Part shown: piece by piece, positions 55,604 through 64,000 of the stretch | Position numbering within the stretch: the first letter of the stretch is position 1 | How the letters are laid out: the number at the start of each line of letters is the position of its first letter | Assembly: GCA_016719635.1 (NCBI GenBank) | Contig: JADJYT010000016.1 | Span: forward strand, 829-64,828 | DNA: 64,000 bases | Direction of reading: 5' to 3' | Source: Sphingobacteriales bacterium | GTDB lineage: Bacteria > Bacteroidota > Bacteroidia > Chitinophagales > JADIYW01 | Program-made: the position numbers and the translations under genes | Notes under the pieces: generated by a model | What the model saw: only the letters and a program-made list of their open reading frames with translations | Told to the model about the DNA's origin: nothing | Databases searched by the model: none

Positions 55604-56245
55604 TAGCTGAAAGCACAGATACTTTATGGTTTTACCATCTCTCAGGTGCATCTGTTCGTAATACGTTTGTATCCCATACAATTCATCATTCTTGTGCAGG
55701 GCATACACATCGGCATAATCTTTCAGTATAACGGAAGGAAATTCCGATAAGGTCTCTTTCGTAAAATGATAGAGAATATCGCTGTCTGTTTTCAGATGAA
55801 TCAGCCCACCCGGTTTGAGGACTTCTTTATACAACTGCAGGAATTTTTTGGCGGTCAGCCGTCTCTTGGCATCTCCGTCTCTTGGGAAAGGGTCTGAAAA
55901 TGTAATCCAGATTTCCTCCACTTCCTCTTTTTCAAAATAGTCTGTCAAATGGTCAATCTGGTCTCTGATGAAAGCAACATGGCTGAACGCTTCGATTCCG
56001 GCAATCCGGGCGGCACTCCAGATACGATTACCCTTGATATCCATGCCAATGAAATTCTTATCCGGAAACAGCCTTGCCATTCCCAGTGTATAATCGCCCT
56101 TTCCGCAGGCCAATTCTAAAATTACCGGATGGGTGTTCTTAAAAAATTCAGCCTTCCATTTTCCTTTCAGAACAGGATTTTTTTCAAATACGACTGGATT
56201 TTCAGCTAATTCTGCGAATTTTTGCAGCTTTCCCTTCTTTGCCAC
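55598..56245 (-). CDS. trmB: tRNA (guanine-N7)-methyltransferase
   Basis: It has ELACGKGDYTLGMA and ITFSDPFPR...KRRLT. It has a GTG start, and a TATCTTTG box lies 13 nt upstream at 56259-56266 (minus strand). Confidence 0.88.
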   Translation of the reverse strand: MAKKGKLQKFAELAENPVVFEKNPVLKGKWKAEFFKNTHPVILELACGKGDYTLGMARLFPDKNFIGMDIKGNRIWSAARIAGIEAFSHVAFIRDQIDHLTDYFEKEEVEEIWITFSDPFPRDGDAKRRLTAKKFLQLYKEVLKPGGLIHLKTDSDILYHFTKETLSEFPSVILKDYADVYALHKNDELYGIQTYYEQMHLRDGKTIKYLCFQLL

Positions 56246-56295
56246 CTGATTTTTTTTGCAAAGATAAAAAGCTATGCGTAATTGGAAGAGAAAAA

Positions 56296-56532
56296 CTAAA
56301 CCGGCTGCATTTGCGTCTGTCCGGAATAGACGAGAATTTTCTGAATCGTCGATTGGCCCGGTTCGCCTCCTTCAGACTCGTCCAACCTGTATTTTGTTTC
56401 TTTCAAGTGCCTGAATTCTTCCTGCAAAGAAGAGTTATTCTGTAAAGCAACCGCAATTGCTCTCGCTTCTGCAGGAGTAGTTTCGTTGTAAAGATGTTTA
56501 ATTAAAAGTTCGGGTGTAAATATTTGTTGCAT
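56296..56532 (-). CDS. hypothetical protein (78 aa)
   Basis: This is an ORF only, with no motif I recognise. Confidence 0.35.
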   Translation of the reverse strand: MQQIFTPELLIKHLYNETTPAEARAIAVALQNNSSLQEEFRHLKETKYRLDESEGGEPGQSTIQKILVYSGQTQMQPV

Positions 56533-56618
56533 AAAAAGTATTTATGGGTAAACGGAAGTTAAACCATATTATTTTATATGGCAACAAATTTTTATATGAA
56601 ATTATTCGGCTGCTGATT

Positions 56619-57149
56619 TTAATCCCCGCCGGTGCCTTTAAAACAATCATCCTTGAACCGGAAAAGCACGTTGAACGTCGTTAAGCTGCCGTAGATTCTT
56701 GTTATATATTGCTGTAATTCAACCTTTTCTGAATCCGTCAGCTTGGATGCATTGATTTTCTGCTCCATCACCCTCAGGCGGTCGCGCGTCATGACAATTT
56801 TATGAAAAAATGCCTCCACGGGTATTTCCTTCGACTGTAAAGACTTGTCTTTAGGCTGCATCACCAGATTGCCGCCATCCCATTTTTCCGCCATTTTGCA
56901 GTCTTCAATCGGTTCTGTCAATGGTTGTATGATTTTTTGCAAAACGGACGTTATCTGCTCCAGAGACACCGCATCCTTATCTTTCTCTACCAGCTTTACG
57001 ACTACCATTCCGTCAAAATTCTTGGAGATTTCTTTCTCTCCCTCCCCGGGGAAATAAATGTTATAAGAGTATTCATCCCTGTCGTCGATGATTACACCGT
57101 TTCCAAATTTGGGGTGTTCAATCCTTGTACCTATTGAAAATGCTGCCAT
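56619..57149 (-). CDS. hypothetical protein (176 aa)
   Basis: The N-terminus GTRIEHPKFGNGVII resembles the small Tudor/SH3-like motif seen at helicase C-termini. Otherwise the function is unknown. Confidence 0.45.
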   Translation of the reverse strand: MAAFSIGTRIEHPKFGNGVIIDDRDEYSYNIYFPGEGEKEISKNFDGMVVVKLVEKDKDAVSLEQITSVLQKIIQPLTEPIEDCKMAEKWDGGNLVMQPKDKSLQSKEIPVEAFFHKIVMTRDRLRVMEQKINASKLTDSEKVELQQYITRIYGSLTTFNVLFRFKDDCFKGTGGD

Positions 57150-57295
57150 ACTGAATTTAAGTTTGAACGAAAATAAAAAAGCAAATCTACATTTCCCAAT
57201 TTTTACGGATACTCATTCAGTTTGACCAGATACTAATTTCCCTTGTCTAGTATCTATGTATTTCCTAAATTTAGGTAATCATTAAAAGAATAAAC

Positions 57296-58657
57296 ATGAA
57301 AAAGATAGTATTAGCAGGAGTATTTACCCTTTTATTTTTTAACGGATACAATACGTTTGCACAATGGGGTGGTTTGGGCGACAGGATTGCAGATGGCCTA
57401 AGCAATAAAGCGCAGCAAAAAATACAGCAAGAGGTAGATAACGCGGCTGAGAAGGCATACAACAAAACCAAGGAGGGTGTAAAGAATGATGTAAAAAATT
57501 CATCCTCCAAGTCAAAAGGGAGCAACAATTCGGATAGCAATAACGGTAGTGATGGAAACGGTTCGACAGCAGGCAACAGCGGAAGCTCCTCCTCCGGAAA
57601 CGGGAGTTTAAAGGCTTACGGAAAGTTTGATTTCGTACCCGGTGAAAAGGTAATCGCCGTGGAAGATTTCTCACAGGATGCCATCGGTGATTTTCCGGCT
57701 AAGTGGAATACAAATGGAACTGGAGAATTAGTATCAATAGATGGACAACAGGGCAAATGGTTGAAATTTGGACCTGAAAGTATTATTTATCCGGAGTTTG
57801 TAACCAACCTACCCGAAAACTTTACTGTGGAGTTTATGCTGGCATGTACACAACCATTCAGTTATTATTCCACTGCCTTTCATTTTTTCTTTGTTCCATT
57901 GGCAAGCCCTGTAAAAAACTACGTGAAATGGAAACAATATGGCGGAGATAAGGATAACGGCGTGTTAATTGCCTTACATCCGGAAGCAGCCGGTGGCGGC
58001 GCAAACGGACAGAAATTTTTAGTTACCTATGATGAGACGGGAGCGGAACTTCTAAGGAACCAAACGGACTTTGGCGATTTTACCCATGAAAGTAAAAATG
58101 TGGTGAAAGTGTCCGTCTGGCGGCAAAAGACACGGCTGAGGGTATATGTCAACGAAACGAAGATCTGGGATATCCCAAAAGCGTTCTCCGCAAGCGTTAA
58201 ATATAATTTTCTTGGATTCCGTACAGATGGTTATCATGATCCGAACAACGCCTATTTTCTCAGCAATTTAAGGGTTGCCGTTGGTGCACCGGATACCCGT
58301 CATAAATTTTTAGAATTGGGAAAATATTCTACCACAGGCATCAAATTTGATGTGAACAGCGATAAAATCAAAGGAGAATCCTACGGAACCTTGAAAGATT
58401 TTGCCGCTGTAATGACAGAAAATCCGGAGGTTAAAGTAAAAATTGTGGGCCATACCGACAGCGATGGTGACGATGCCGGCAATATGACGCTATCCAAAAA
58501 ACGGGCTGACGCGGTGAAAGCTGCCTTAAACAAAGAATTCGGAATTGACAACAGCCGAATGGAAACGGAAGGAAAGGGCGAAACTCAGCCTGCAGAACCA
58601 AATACCTCTGCCGAAGGAAAAGCCAATAACCGGAGGGTGGAATTTGTAAAATTATAA
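57296..58657 (+). CDS. OmpA family protein
   Basis: It has a signal peptide, a Ser/Gly/Asn low-complexity linker and a C-terminal OmpA-like domain (VKIVGHTDSDGDDAGNMTLSKKRADAV...NRRVEFV). Confidence 0.85.
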   Translation: MKKIVLAGVFTLLFFNGYNTFAQWGGLGDRIADGLSNKAQQKIQQEVDNAAEKAYNKTKEGVKNDVKNSSSKSKGSNNSDSNNGSDGNGSTAGNSGSSSSGNGSLKAYGKFDFVPGEKVIAVEDFSQDAIGDFPAKWNTNGTGELVSIDGQQGKWLKFGPESIIYPEFVTNLPENFTVEFMLACTQPFSYYSTAFHFFFVPLASPVKNYVKWKQYGGDKDNGVLIALHPEAAGGGANGQKFLVTYDETGAELLRNQTDFGDFTHESKNVVKVSVWRQKTRLRVYVNETKIWDIPKAFSASVKYNFLGFRTDGYHDPNNAYFLSNLRVAVGAPDTRHKFLELGKYSTTGIKFDVNSDKIKGESYGTLKDFAAVMTENPEVKVKIVGHTDSDGDDAGNMTLSKKRADAVKAALNKEFGIDNSRMETEGKGETQPAEPNTSAEGKANNRRVEFVKL

Positions 58658-58694
58658 TACTATCAGCAAATTTATTAACTATAAAATCATAACT

Positions 58695-59255
58695 ATGAAG
58701 AATTTATTTTCAAAATCATTTATCGCTATAGCTATAGTGATTTCAATTTTTTCATGCTCTAAAGAAGGGCTTCAGGGCCCTGCCGGAAAAGACGGAAACG
58801 CCAATGTGATGTATTCGAATTGGATTACTTTTGCCGCTAATTTCACCGATATTGCCACGAATAAAACCATGGGGGTCGTAGTTCCTCAATACACAGATAA
58901 TTTTGTAGATTCAGGAGGATTTTATTTAGCATTTGTAAGATGGCAGAATAATGTCCACTATCAATTGCCATTTTCACAGCGGTTTAATTCTACTTCATCT
59001 CCTATTGTAGAAATGGATGCTACCGGGATCTCATTTGGTGTTACCGGTGAGCTTCGATTTGCAGCCCACAGACAGGATTTTGGCAATTTACAAACAGAAT
59101 TTACCACACTTATAACGACAAACACACTTCAGGTTCGCTATTTCCTGATAAGAGGCACTCAGAATTTAAGGCTCGGAAATGGCCTTTCTATCCAGGATTA
59201 TTACAAATCAAAATCCTATGAAGAAATATGTGCCCTTACTGGCGCTCCATTGTAA
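58695..59255 (+). CDS. hypothetical lipoprotein
   Basis: It has the lipobox IFSCS followed by a short collagen-like GLQGPAGKDGNA. Confidence 0.5.
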   Translation: MKNLFSKSFIAIAIVISIFSCSKEGLQGPAGKDGNANVMYSNWITFAANFTDIATNKTMGVVVPQYTDNFVDSGGFYLAFVRWQNNVHYQLPFSQRFNSTSSPIVEMDATGISFGVTGELRFAAHRQDFGNLQTEFTTLITTNTLQVRYFLIRGTQNLRLGNGLSIQDYYKSKSYEEICALTGAPL

Positions 59256-59300
59256 AAATAAATTATTTTCACCAAACAATATCGAATCAAAATACAGCTT

Positions 59301-59795
59301 ATGAAGACAATCCATCTCTTAACAATCCTGGCACTAACGCTGCTTTCCGCAGCCTGTAAAAAAACAACCACTTCCGGCAGCGTCAAACAGCAAATCAGTT
59401 TAAAGGCCGATGGCGTATTATTTTCTGTAACCACCGGTGATGCCGGCGTTACCCAATCCGATGCGCATATTCGCGATGGTAATAAATTTCAATTAGACGC
59501 CACTACCAGCACCAAAGATTTCTCCATCAACAATCAGAATGTTCCCTCCACAGGCTCTTACAATATGACTGGCGCAGGGAATGCTTTCAACTTTGTACAG
59601 TGGGAAGACGGCAGTGAATTATTCAGTTCTCTCGGAACGGCCAAATCTCACCTTACATTTAACATCTCCAACATTGCCGGAAGTTCAGCAGATTACATAA
59701 GATATGTGGAAGGCACTTTTTCCGGAGTGATTTATAACTCTTCCCAAACGGATTCTGTAAAAATCACTGATGGACAAATCAATATCATAGAATAA
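59301..59795 (+). CDS. hypothetical lipoprotein
   Basis: It has the lipobox LSAACKK and is 164 aa. Confidence 0.5.
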   Translation: MKTIHLLTILALTLLSAACKKTTTSGSVKQQISLKADGVLFSVTTGDAGVTQSDAHIRDGNKFQLDATTSTKDFSINNQNVPSTGSYNMTGAGNAFNFVQWEDGSELFSSLGTAKSHLTFNISNIAGSSADYIRYVEGTFSGVIYNSSQTDSVKITDGQINIIE

Positions 59796-59819
59796 AACAG
59801 ATTCAGAAAATTTCCTTTA

Positions 59820-59857
59820 AAATAAATAAACCGCTCTTTGCAGCGGTTCATTTATTT
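59820..59857. terminator. bidirectional hairpin terminator
   Basis: AAATAAATAAACCGCT-ctttgc-AGCGGTTCATTTATTT forms a 16-bp stem with one mismatch. It lies between convergent genes and overlaps the birA stop codon. Confidence 0.6.
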
Positions 59858-60614
59858 ACTTCTCAAAACTGATTTCTTTAAATCCATATTTTTGAATACC
59901 GGCAGCTGTTTCAACAAGCAGCCTTCCGGCTTCATCTACGCCAATGATTTTTCCTTCAAAGATCACATCGTCTTTTTTGAAGCTGGCAAATACATTATAC
60001 CGATACAGATTTTCTACATATTCCGTCTTCAGCCGTTCAAATTTCCGCTCTTTAAGCAGTAAAAAATATCCCTCTACCGCATTTAAGAGTTTATTCAAAA
60101 CAGATTGTCTGTCCAGCTCCTGACCTGTTAAACATTTCAAACTGGTGACAGGCACTTCCATCGGAAAGGTATCCTGATTTACATTCAGCCCTATTCCAAT
60201 TACAGAATATTTCAGATGCATTCCGGAAATGGTGTTTTCTATTAATATACCTGCTATCTTTTGGTGATTAACGTAAATGTCATTTGGCCATTTAATCTTT
60301 ACCGTCGACAGTTGATTACTCACCGTTGACCAAATTCCCAGCGAAACGGCCATATTCAGGTAAAATTGTTCTGTTGCAAACAGAAACGAAGTGTGATAGA
60401 TGAGGCTAAACGTTAAGTTTTTGTTAGGTTCGGACAGCCATACGTTGCCGGTTTGCCCCCTGCCCGCATATTGTTCATCTGCTAAAATGACAGTTCCGTC
60501 AATTGGACTGCTTTTTGCTATGTACTCCTTAGCGTAATTGTTCGTAGAATCTATTGAAGGAAGGTGTATAAGGAACTTTCCCGTGAAAAAAGTGTTATTT
60601 ACTTTAATTTCCAA
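59856..60614 (-). CDS. birA: biotin--[acetyl-CoA-carboxylase] ligase
   Basis: It has the GRGQTGNVW motif (GRGRxGRxW type) and KWPNDI. At 252 aa it has no N-terminal HTH domain. Confidence 0.9.
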   Translation of the reverse strand: MEIKVNNTFFTGKFLIHLPSIDSTNNYAKEYIAKSSPIDGTVILADEQYAGRGQTGNVWLSEPNKNLTFSLIYHTSFLFATEQFYLNMAVSLGIWSTVSNQLSTVKIKWPNDIYVNHQKIAGILIENTISGMHLKYSVIGIGLNVNQDTFPMEVPVTSLKCLTGQELDRQSVLNKLLNAVEGYFLLLKERKFERLKTEYVENLYRYNVFASFKKDDVIFEGKIIGVDEAGRLLVETAAGIQKYGFKEISFEK

Positions 60615-60621
60615 AATTTAG

Positions 60622-60629
60622 TAGATTTG
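60622..60629 (+). promoter_or_regulatory. candidate -7 box TAGATTTG for rsfS
   Basis: TAGATTTG sits 25 nt upstream of the TTG start at 60655. Confidence 0.35.
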
Positions 60630-60654
60630 AGTGAAATTATAAATAATAAAGCAT

Positions 60655-61041
60655 TTGGAAAAAATTAAAGCAAAGAAAAGAACAAAAAACGCATCCACGG
60701 ATAATCTGAATGAACTGATCGTATCAATCATTCAGGACAAGAAAGGAAAGGATATAGTAAGTTTGGATTTAAGAAAAATTCCGGAAGCAATTGCAGATTA
60801 TTTTGTAATTTGTCATGGCGAATCTACCACACAAACACGCGCCATTACAGACCATCTCGAAGAAGAGGTTCGCAACCAAGCCAATATCAAGCCTTTTCAT
60901 ATTGAAGGACGTTCTAACGGTGAATGGTGCTTATTGGATTTTGGTGATGTAGTGGTTCATATCTTTCAACGGGAGAAACGCGAATTTTATCAGCTGGAAG
61001 ACCTGTGGAGCGACGCCGTAATACAACATTATAAAGACTAA
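60655..61041 (+). CDS. rsfS: ribosome silencing factor
   Basis: It has KKGKDIVSLDL...DYFVICHGESTTQ...WCLLDFGDVVVHIF. It has a TTG start, and there is no in-frame ATG available. Confidence 0.88.
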   Translation: MEKIKAKKRTKNASTDNLNELIVSIIQDKKGKDIVSLDLRKIPEAIADYFVICHGESTTQTRAITDHLEEEVRNQANIKPFHIEGRSNGEWCLLDFGDVVVHIFQREKREFYQLEDLWSDAVIQHYKD

Positions 61042-61093
61042 CAACAACATACGCATTTTATACAACCTATTACTTACCAATTAACACAAATAC

Positions 61094-63040
61094 ATGGATT
61101 TTTTACCCGAAAACGAGGAGCCGAAGAAGAAAAAAGGAGGATTCAACAGCTATTGGCTGTTTGCCATATTGATTATTGGATTATTAGCCACACAGTTTCT
61201 GTCCTTAAACTTTCAGATCAAACAAACCACGGAAGATGATTTCTTCCGGAAGATGATTCCCTCGGGTGATGTTGCAAAAATCACCATCGTCAATAAGGAA
61301 CAGGTGGAAATTTTCATCAAGGAAGATTCCCTTAAGGCAAAGAAACAATATGCTCCTCTGCGCCAAACAAAGATAGGAACACCGAACAAGGGTCCTCACT
61401 ATTCATTTGATATTGTTTCAGTAGAAGTTTTCAAACAACAATTGGTTGACATACAAAAAGGGGTTCCAGACAATTTGATAATCCCTTATACTACTGAATA
61501 TCGAAAAGGAATTTTTGATATCATCGGCTGGTTATTGCCCATCATTCTGCTGATAGCCGTATGGATGTTCCTGATGCGCCGGGCAACCGGCGGCATGGGC
61601 GGGGCAGGCGGCCAGATCTTTAATATCGGAAAATCGAAGGCGAATCTTTACGATAAGGACATGAAAGTCAATATCACATTTGACGATGTGGCAGGATTGG
61701 ATGAAGCCAAGGAAGAAGTGAAAGAAGTCGTGGATTTTTTAAAGAATCCCAAGAAATATACTGCATTGGGTGCCAAGATTCCGAAAGGCGTATTGCTGGT
61801 CGGCCCTCCGGGAACCGGTAAGACCTTGTTAGCGAAAGCGATGGCAGGCGAGGCACAAGTGCCTTTCTTTTCCATATCAGGTTCTGACTTCGTGGAAATG
61901 TTTGTCGGTGTCGGTGCTTCCCGTGTAAGAGATTTATTTAAACAGGCCCGTGAAAAAGCACCTTGTATCATCTTCATTGACGAGATTGATGCCGTGGGTC
62001 GTGCGCGCGGCAAGAATATGATGCAAAGTAATGACGAACGCGAAAGCACACTCAACCAGCTTTTGGTAGAAATGGACGGGTTCAGCGGCGACAAAGGCAT
62101 CATCATGCTGGCGGCCACCAACCGTCCGGATGTACTGGACTCTGCCTTGCTGCGTCCCGGACGATTTGACAGACAAATCTCGATTGACAAACCTGACCAG
62201 AAAGGACGGGAACAAATATTCAAAGTTCATTTAAAGAAACTGACCAAACTAGGTCCGGATGTCACCCCTGAGAAATTAGCATCCTTAACACCCGGATTTG
62301 CCGGTGCTGAGATTGCCAACGTATGTAATGAGGCAGCACTGGTGGCCGCCCGTAAGGAAAAAACACAGGTGGAAGTGGATGACTTCAATGAAGCGATTGA
62401 CAGAAGCATCGGCGGTCTGGAGAAAAAGAATAAGATCATCTCTCCGCACGAAAAGGAAATCATTGCCTATCACGAAGCGGGACACGCCATCTGCGGCTGG
62501 TATCTGGAACATGCCCATCCGTTATTGAAGGTTACCATTATCCCTCGCGGGATTGCAGCGCTGGGCTATGCACAATACCTGCCGAAAGAGCAATATCTAT
62601 ACCGAACGGAACAGTTGCTGGATGAAATCTGCATGACATTGGGTGGCCGTGCGGCGGAAGAAATCGTATTTAACAAAATATCTACCGGCGCCCAAAATGA
62701 CCTGCAGCGCATCACACAACTGGCTTATGCCATGGTGACCGTATACGGAATGAATGACAAAGTGGGTAACGTATCTTTTTACGACCCGCAAAATGAGAAT
62801 ATGTTTACCAAGCCTTATTCGGACGACACGGCAAAGGTGATTGACGAAGAAGTCAGAAAATTAATCGACACCGCGTATCAGCGCACGCTGGGTCTGTTGA
62901 CAGAGAAACGCGAACAGCTGAACAAGATTGCAAAGGCGTTATTAGAAAAAGAAATCCTGTTTAAAGCAGACCTGGACGAACTGATTGGTAAACGCACCTT
63001 CGATGAAGAGACGGTTCCTGTTGCCGTGACCATAGATTAA
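61094..63040 (+). CDS. ftsH: ATP-dependent zinc metalloprotease FtsH
   Basis: It has Walker [19 protein letters not shown], Walker B IIFIDEID, the SRH motif and the zinc motif HEAGHA. Confidence 0.97.
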   Translation: MDFLPENEEPKKKKGGFNSYWLFAILIIGLLATQFLSLNFQIKQTTEDDFFRKMIPSGDVAKITIVNKEQVEIFIKEDSLKAKKQYAPLRQTKIGTPNKGPHYSFDIVSVEVFKQQLVDIQKGVPDNLIIPYTTEYRKGIFDIIGWLLPIILLIAVWMFLMRRATGGMGGAGGQIFNIGKSKANLYDKDMKVNITFDDVAGLDEAKEEVKEVVDFLKNPKKYTALGAKIPKGVLLVGPPGTGKTLLAKAMAGEAQVPFFSISGSDFVEMFVGVGASRVRDLFKQAREKAPCIIFIDEIDAVGRARGKNMMQSNDERESTLNQLLVEMDGFSGDKGIIMLAATNRPDVLDSALLRPGRFDRQISIDKPDQKGREQIFKVHLKKLTKLGPDVTPEKLASLTPGFAGAEIANVCNEAALVAARKEKTQVEVDDFNEAIDRSIGGLEKKNKIISPHEKEIIAYHEAGHAICGWYLEHAHPLLKVTIIPRGIAALGYAQYLPKEQYLYRTEQLLDEICMTLGGRAAEEIVFNKISTGAQNDLQRITQLAYAMVTVYGMNDKVGNVSFYDPQNENMFTKPYSDDTAKVIDEEVRKLIDTAYQRTLGLLTEKREQLNKIAKALLEKEILFKADLDELIGKRTFDEETVPVAVTID

Positions 63041-63063
63041 TCGATATCCAGTAAGATAACAAC

Positions 63064-63092
63064 GGCTCCTGCTACTTAGCGGGAGTTTTTTA
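63064..63092 (+). terminator. rho-independent terminator of ftsH
   Basis: GGCTCCTGC-TACTTA-GCGGGAG(T) forms the stem and TTTTTT follows. Confidence 0.6.
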
Positions 63093-63146
63093 TTGATTTA
63101 ACTTTACATTCCTAAAAATATAGAGGCAGATTCTATATTTTAGCGT

Positions 63147-63998
63147 ATGCCCATTACCAGAATATACCTCGTATCACTCATTGCCACCACCTGTCTTTTG
63201 TTCATTTTCTTACTATTAAACACAACGTTTGACGGCAGTATATGGGATGGTATGCAAATCAGCAAATCGGCATTAACAGTAGAATACTGTGAGCTCAACC
63301 GGACACAAGATCTTTTTCATCAGTCGATGAATACCTATTCCAATCTGGTTTATTTCTTTTTGGGTTGTATTGTCCTGCAGACAGCACTATTGGACAGAAA
63401 ACACAAACAAGCGGATACTGCAAACCCGCTGCAACAATTTCCGATTCTATCTTCTCTTTTTGGGTGCTGTCTGGTTTATTTATGTTTTGGCAGCGCCTTC
63501 TTTCATGCATCGCTGACCTGGGTGGGCCAGCGGGTGGATATGAATGCCACCTACAGCCTATGCATTACCTTACTGGCAATCAGCCTGTACAGGTTATTCC
63601 ACCGGCATTTTATATCCGAAAAACTTAAAGGGATTTATATTGCAGCAATCATTCTTATTATTGTGATTTTTGTGCAGGTTCATTTAATTATTCCAAGTAT
63701 TATCCTGCTGCCCTTACTAATTATTTCTGTCATAACCACTACCATCATTAATGTCAGCAAGAACAAAAACGCTTATCCTCTTACTATGGCCTTGTTGAGT
63801 TTTTTGCTGATGGGGGGTGCAATCATATTACGAACGCTGGATGTACAAAAAATTGGATGTGACCCAACATCCATTTATCAGGGGCACTCGCTATGGCATA
63901 TCTTCACCGGTATGAGCGGATTTTTATTGTATTGGTTTTACAGAAGCGAATTGAGCACCGTCATTCCGAATAAAATGAGGAATCTCGAAACGAATTAA
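63147..63998 (+). CDS. ceramidase-like (alkaline ceramidase / PF05875-like) integral membrane protein
   Basis: It has YCE...NTYSNLVYFF, FFHASLTWVGQRVDM and GHSLWHIFTG, which follow the alkaline ceramidase His/Asp pattern as I recall it. The last 13 codons are encoded by a GTCATT-hairpin repeat. Confidence 0.5.
   Translation: MPITRIYLVSLIATTCLLFIFLLLNTTFDGSIWDGMQISKSALTVEYCELNRTQDLFHQSMNTYSNLVYFFLGCIVLQTALLDRKHKQADTANPLQQFPILSSLFGCCLVYLCFGSAFFHASLTWVGQRVDMNATYSLCITLLAISLYRLFHRHFISEKLKGIYIAAIILIIVIFVQVHLIIPSIILLPLLIISVITTTIINVSKNKNAYPLTMALLSFLLMGGAIILRTLDVQKIGCDPTSIYQGHSLWHIFTGMSGFLLYWFYRSELSTVIPNKMRNLETN
63960..63985. repeat. GTCATT-hairpin element, arm at the window edge
   Basis: It reads GTCATTCCGAATAAAATGAGGAATCT. 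A second arm, if present, would lie beyond position 64000. Confidence 0.7.
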
Positions 63999-64000
63999 AA

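Noticed and set aside
61648-62223. 191-aa minus-strand ORF inside ftsH
   Set aside because: It is a shadow ORF opposite the AAA+ domain of FtsH, and its Ser/Pro-rich composition is meaningless.

Overview
This window looks like ordinary chromosome from a member of the Bacteroidota. The evidence is T9SS C-terminal sorting domains, many lipobox lipoproteins, a type II glutaminyl-cyclase lipoprotein, and TAnnTTTG -7 promoter boxes. It is gene-dense and mostly housekeeping: cysS, ruvC, lysA, cysC/cysD/cysN, purK/purE, rnhB, typA, fhs, uvrA, anmK, trmB, birA, rsfS and ftsH. It also holds a Phe/Tyr homogentisate catabolic cluster (hmgA-hppD-marR-fahA-phhA) and a tight operon of a T9SS protein, GH31, a flavin amine oxidase and an esterase. 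Several candidate sphingolipid or sulfonolipid genes are scattered across it: an FA2H-like hydroxylase, a KDSR-like SDR operon and a ceramidase-like membrane protein. I found no transposase, integrase, CRISPR array, restriction-modification system or recognisable defence system, and I cannot point to a clear novel multi-gene system. The most unusual content is non-coding or very small. (1) A dispersed family of GTCATT...AATCT hairpin elements with compensatory stem changes sits exactly in operon-internal gaps. (2) A 151-bp tandem array (about 3.2 copies) of GC-hairpin units lies downstream of uvrA, and a solo copy is embedded in the signal-peptide coding region of the glutaminyl cyclase. (3) A (CTGCGGA)x4 heptamer repeat lies in the 5' coding region of that same gene. 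(4) A 153-bp palindromic element lies between purK and purE. (5) An unannotated 35-aa Cys/Lys-rich ORF has its start codon inside a perfect 11-bp GNRA hairpin. (6) An AT-rich ORF6N-like gene is spliced between cysC and cysD with an ATGA overlap. (7) There is a frameshifted GH16 gene and a truncated carbonic anhydrase remnant. All functional calls rest on motif recognition by eye; no database search was possible.
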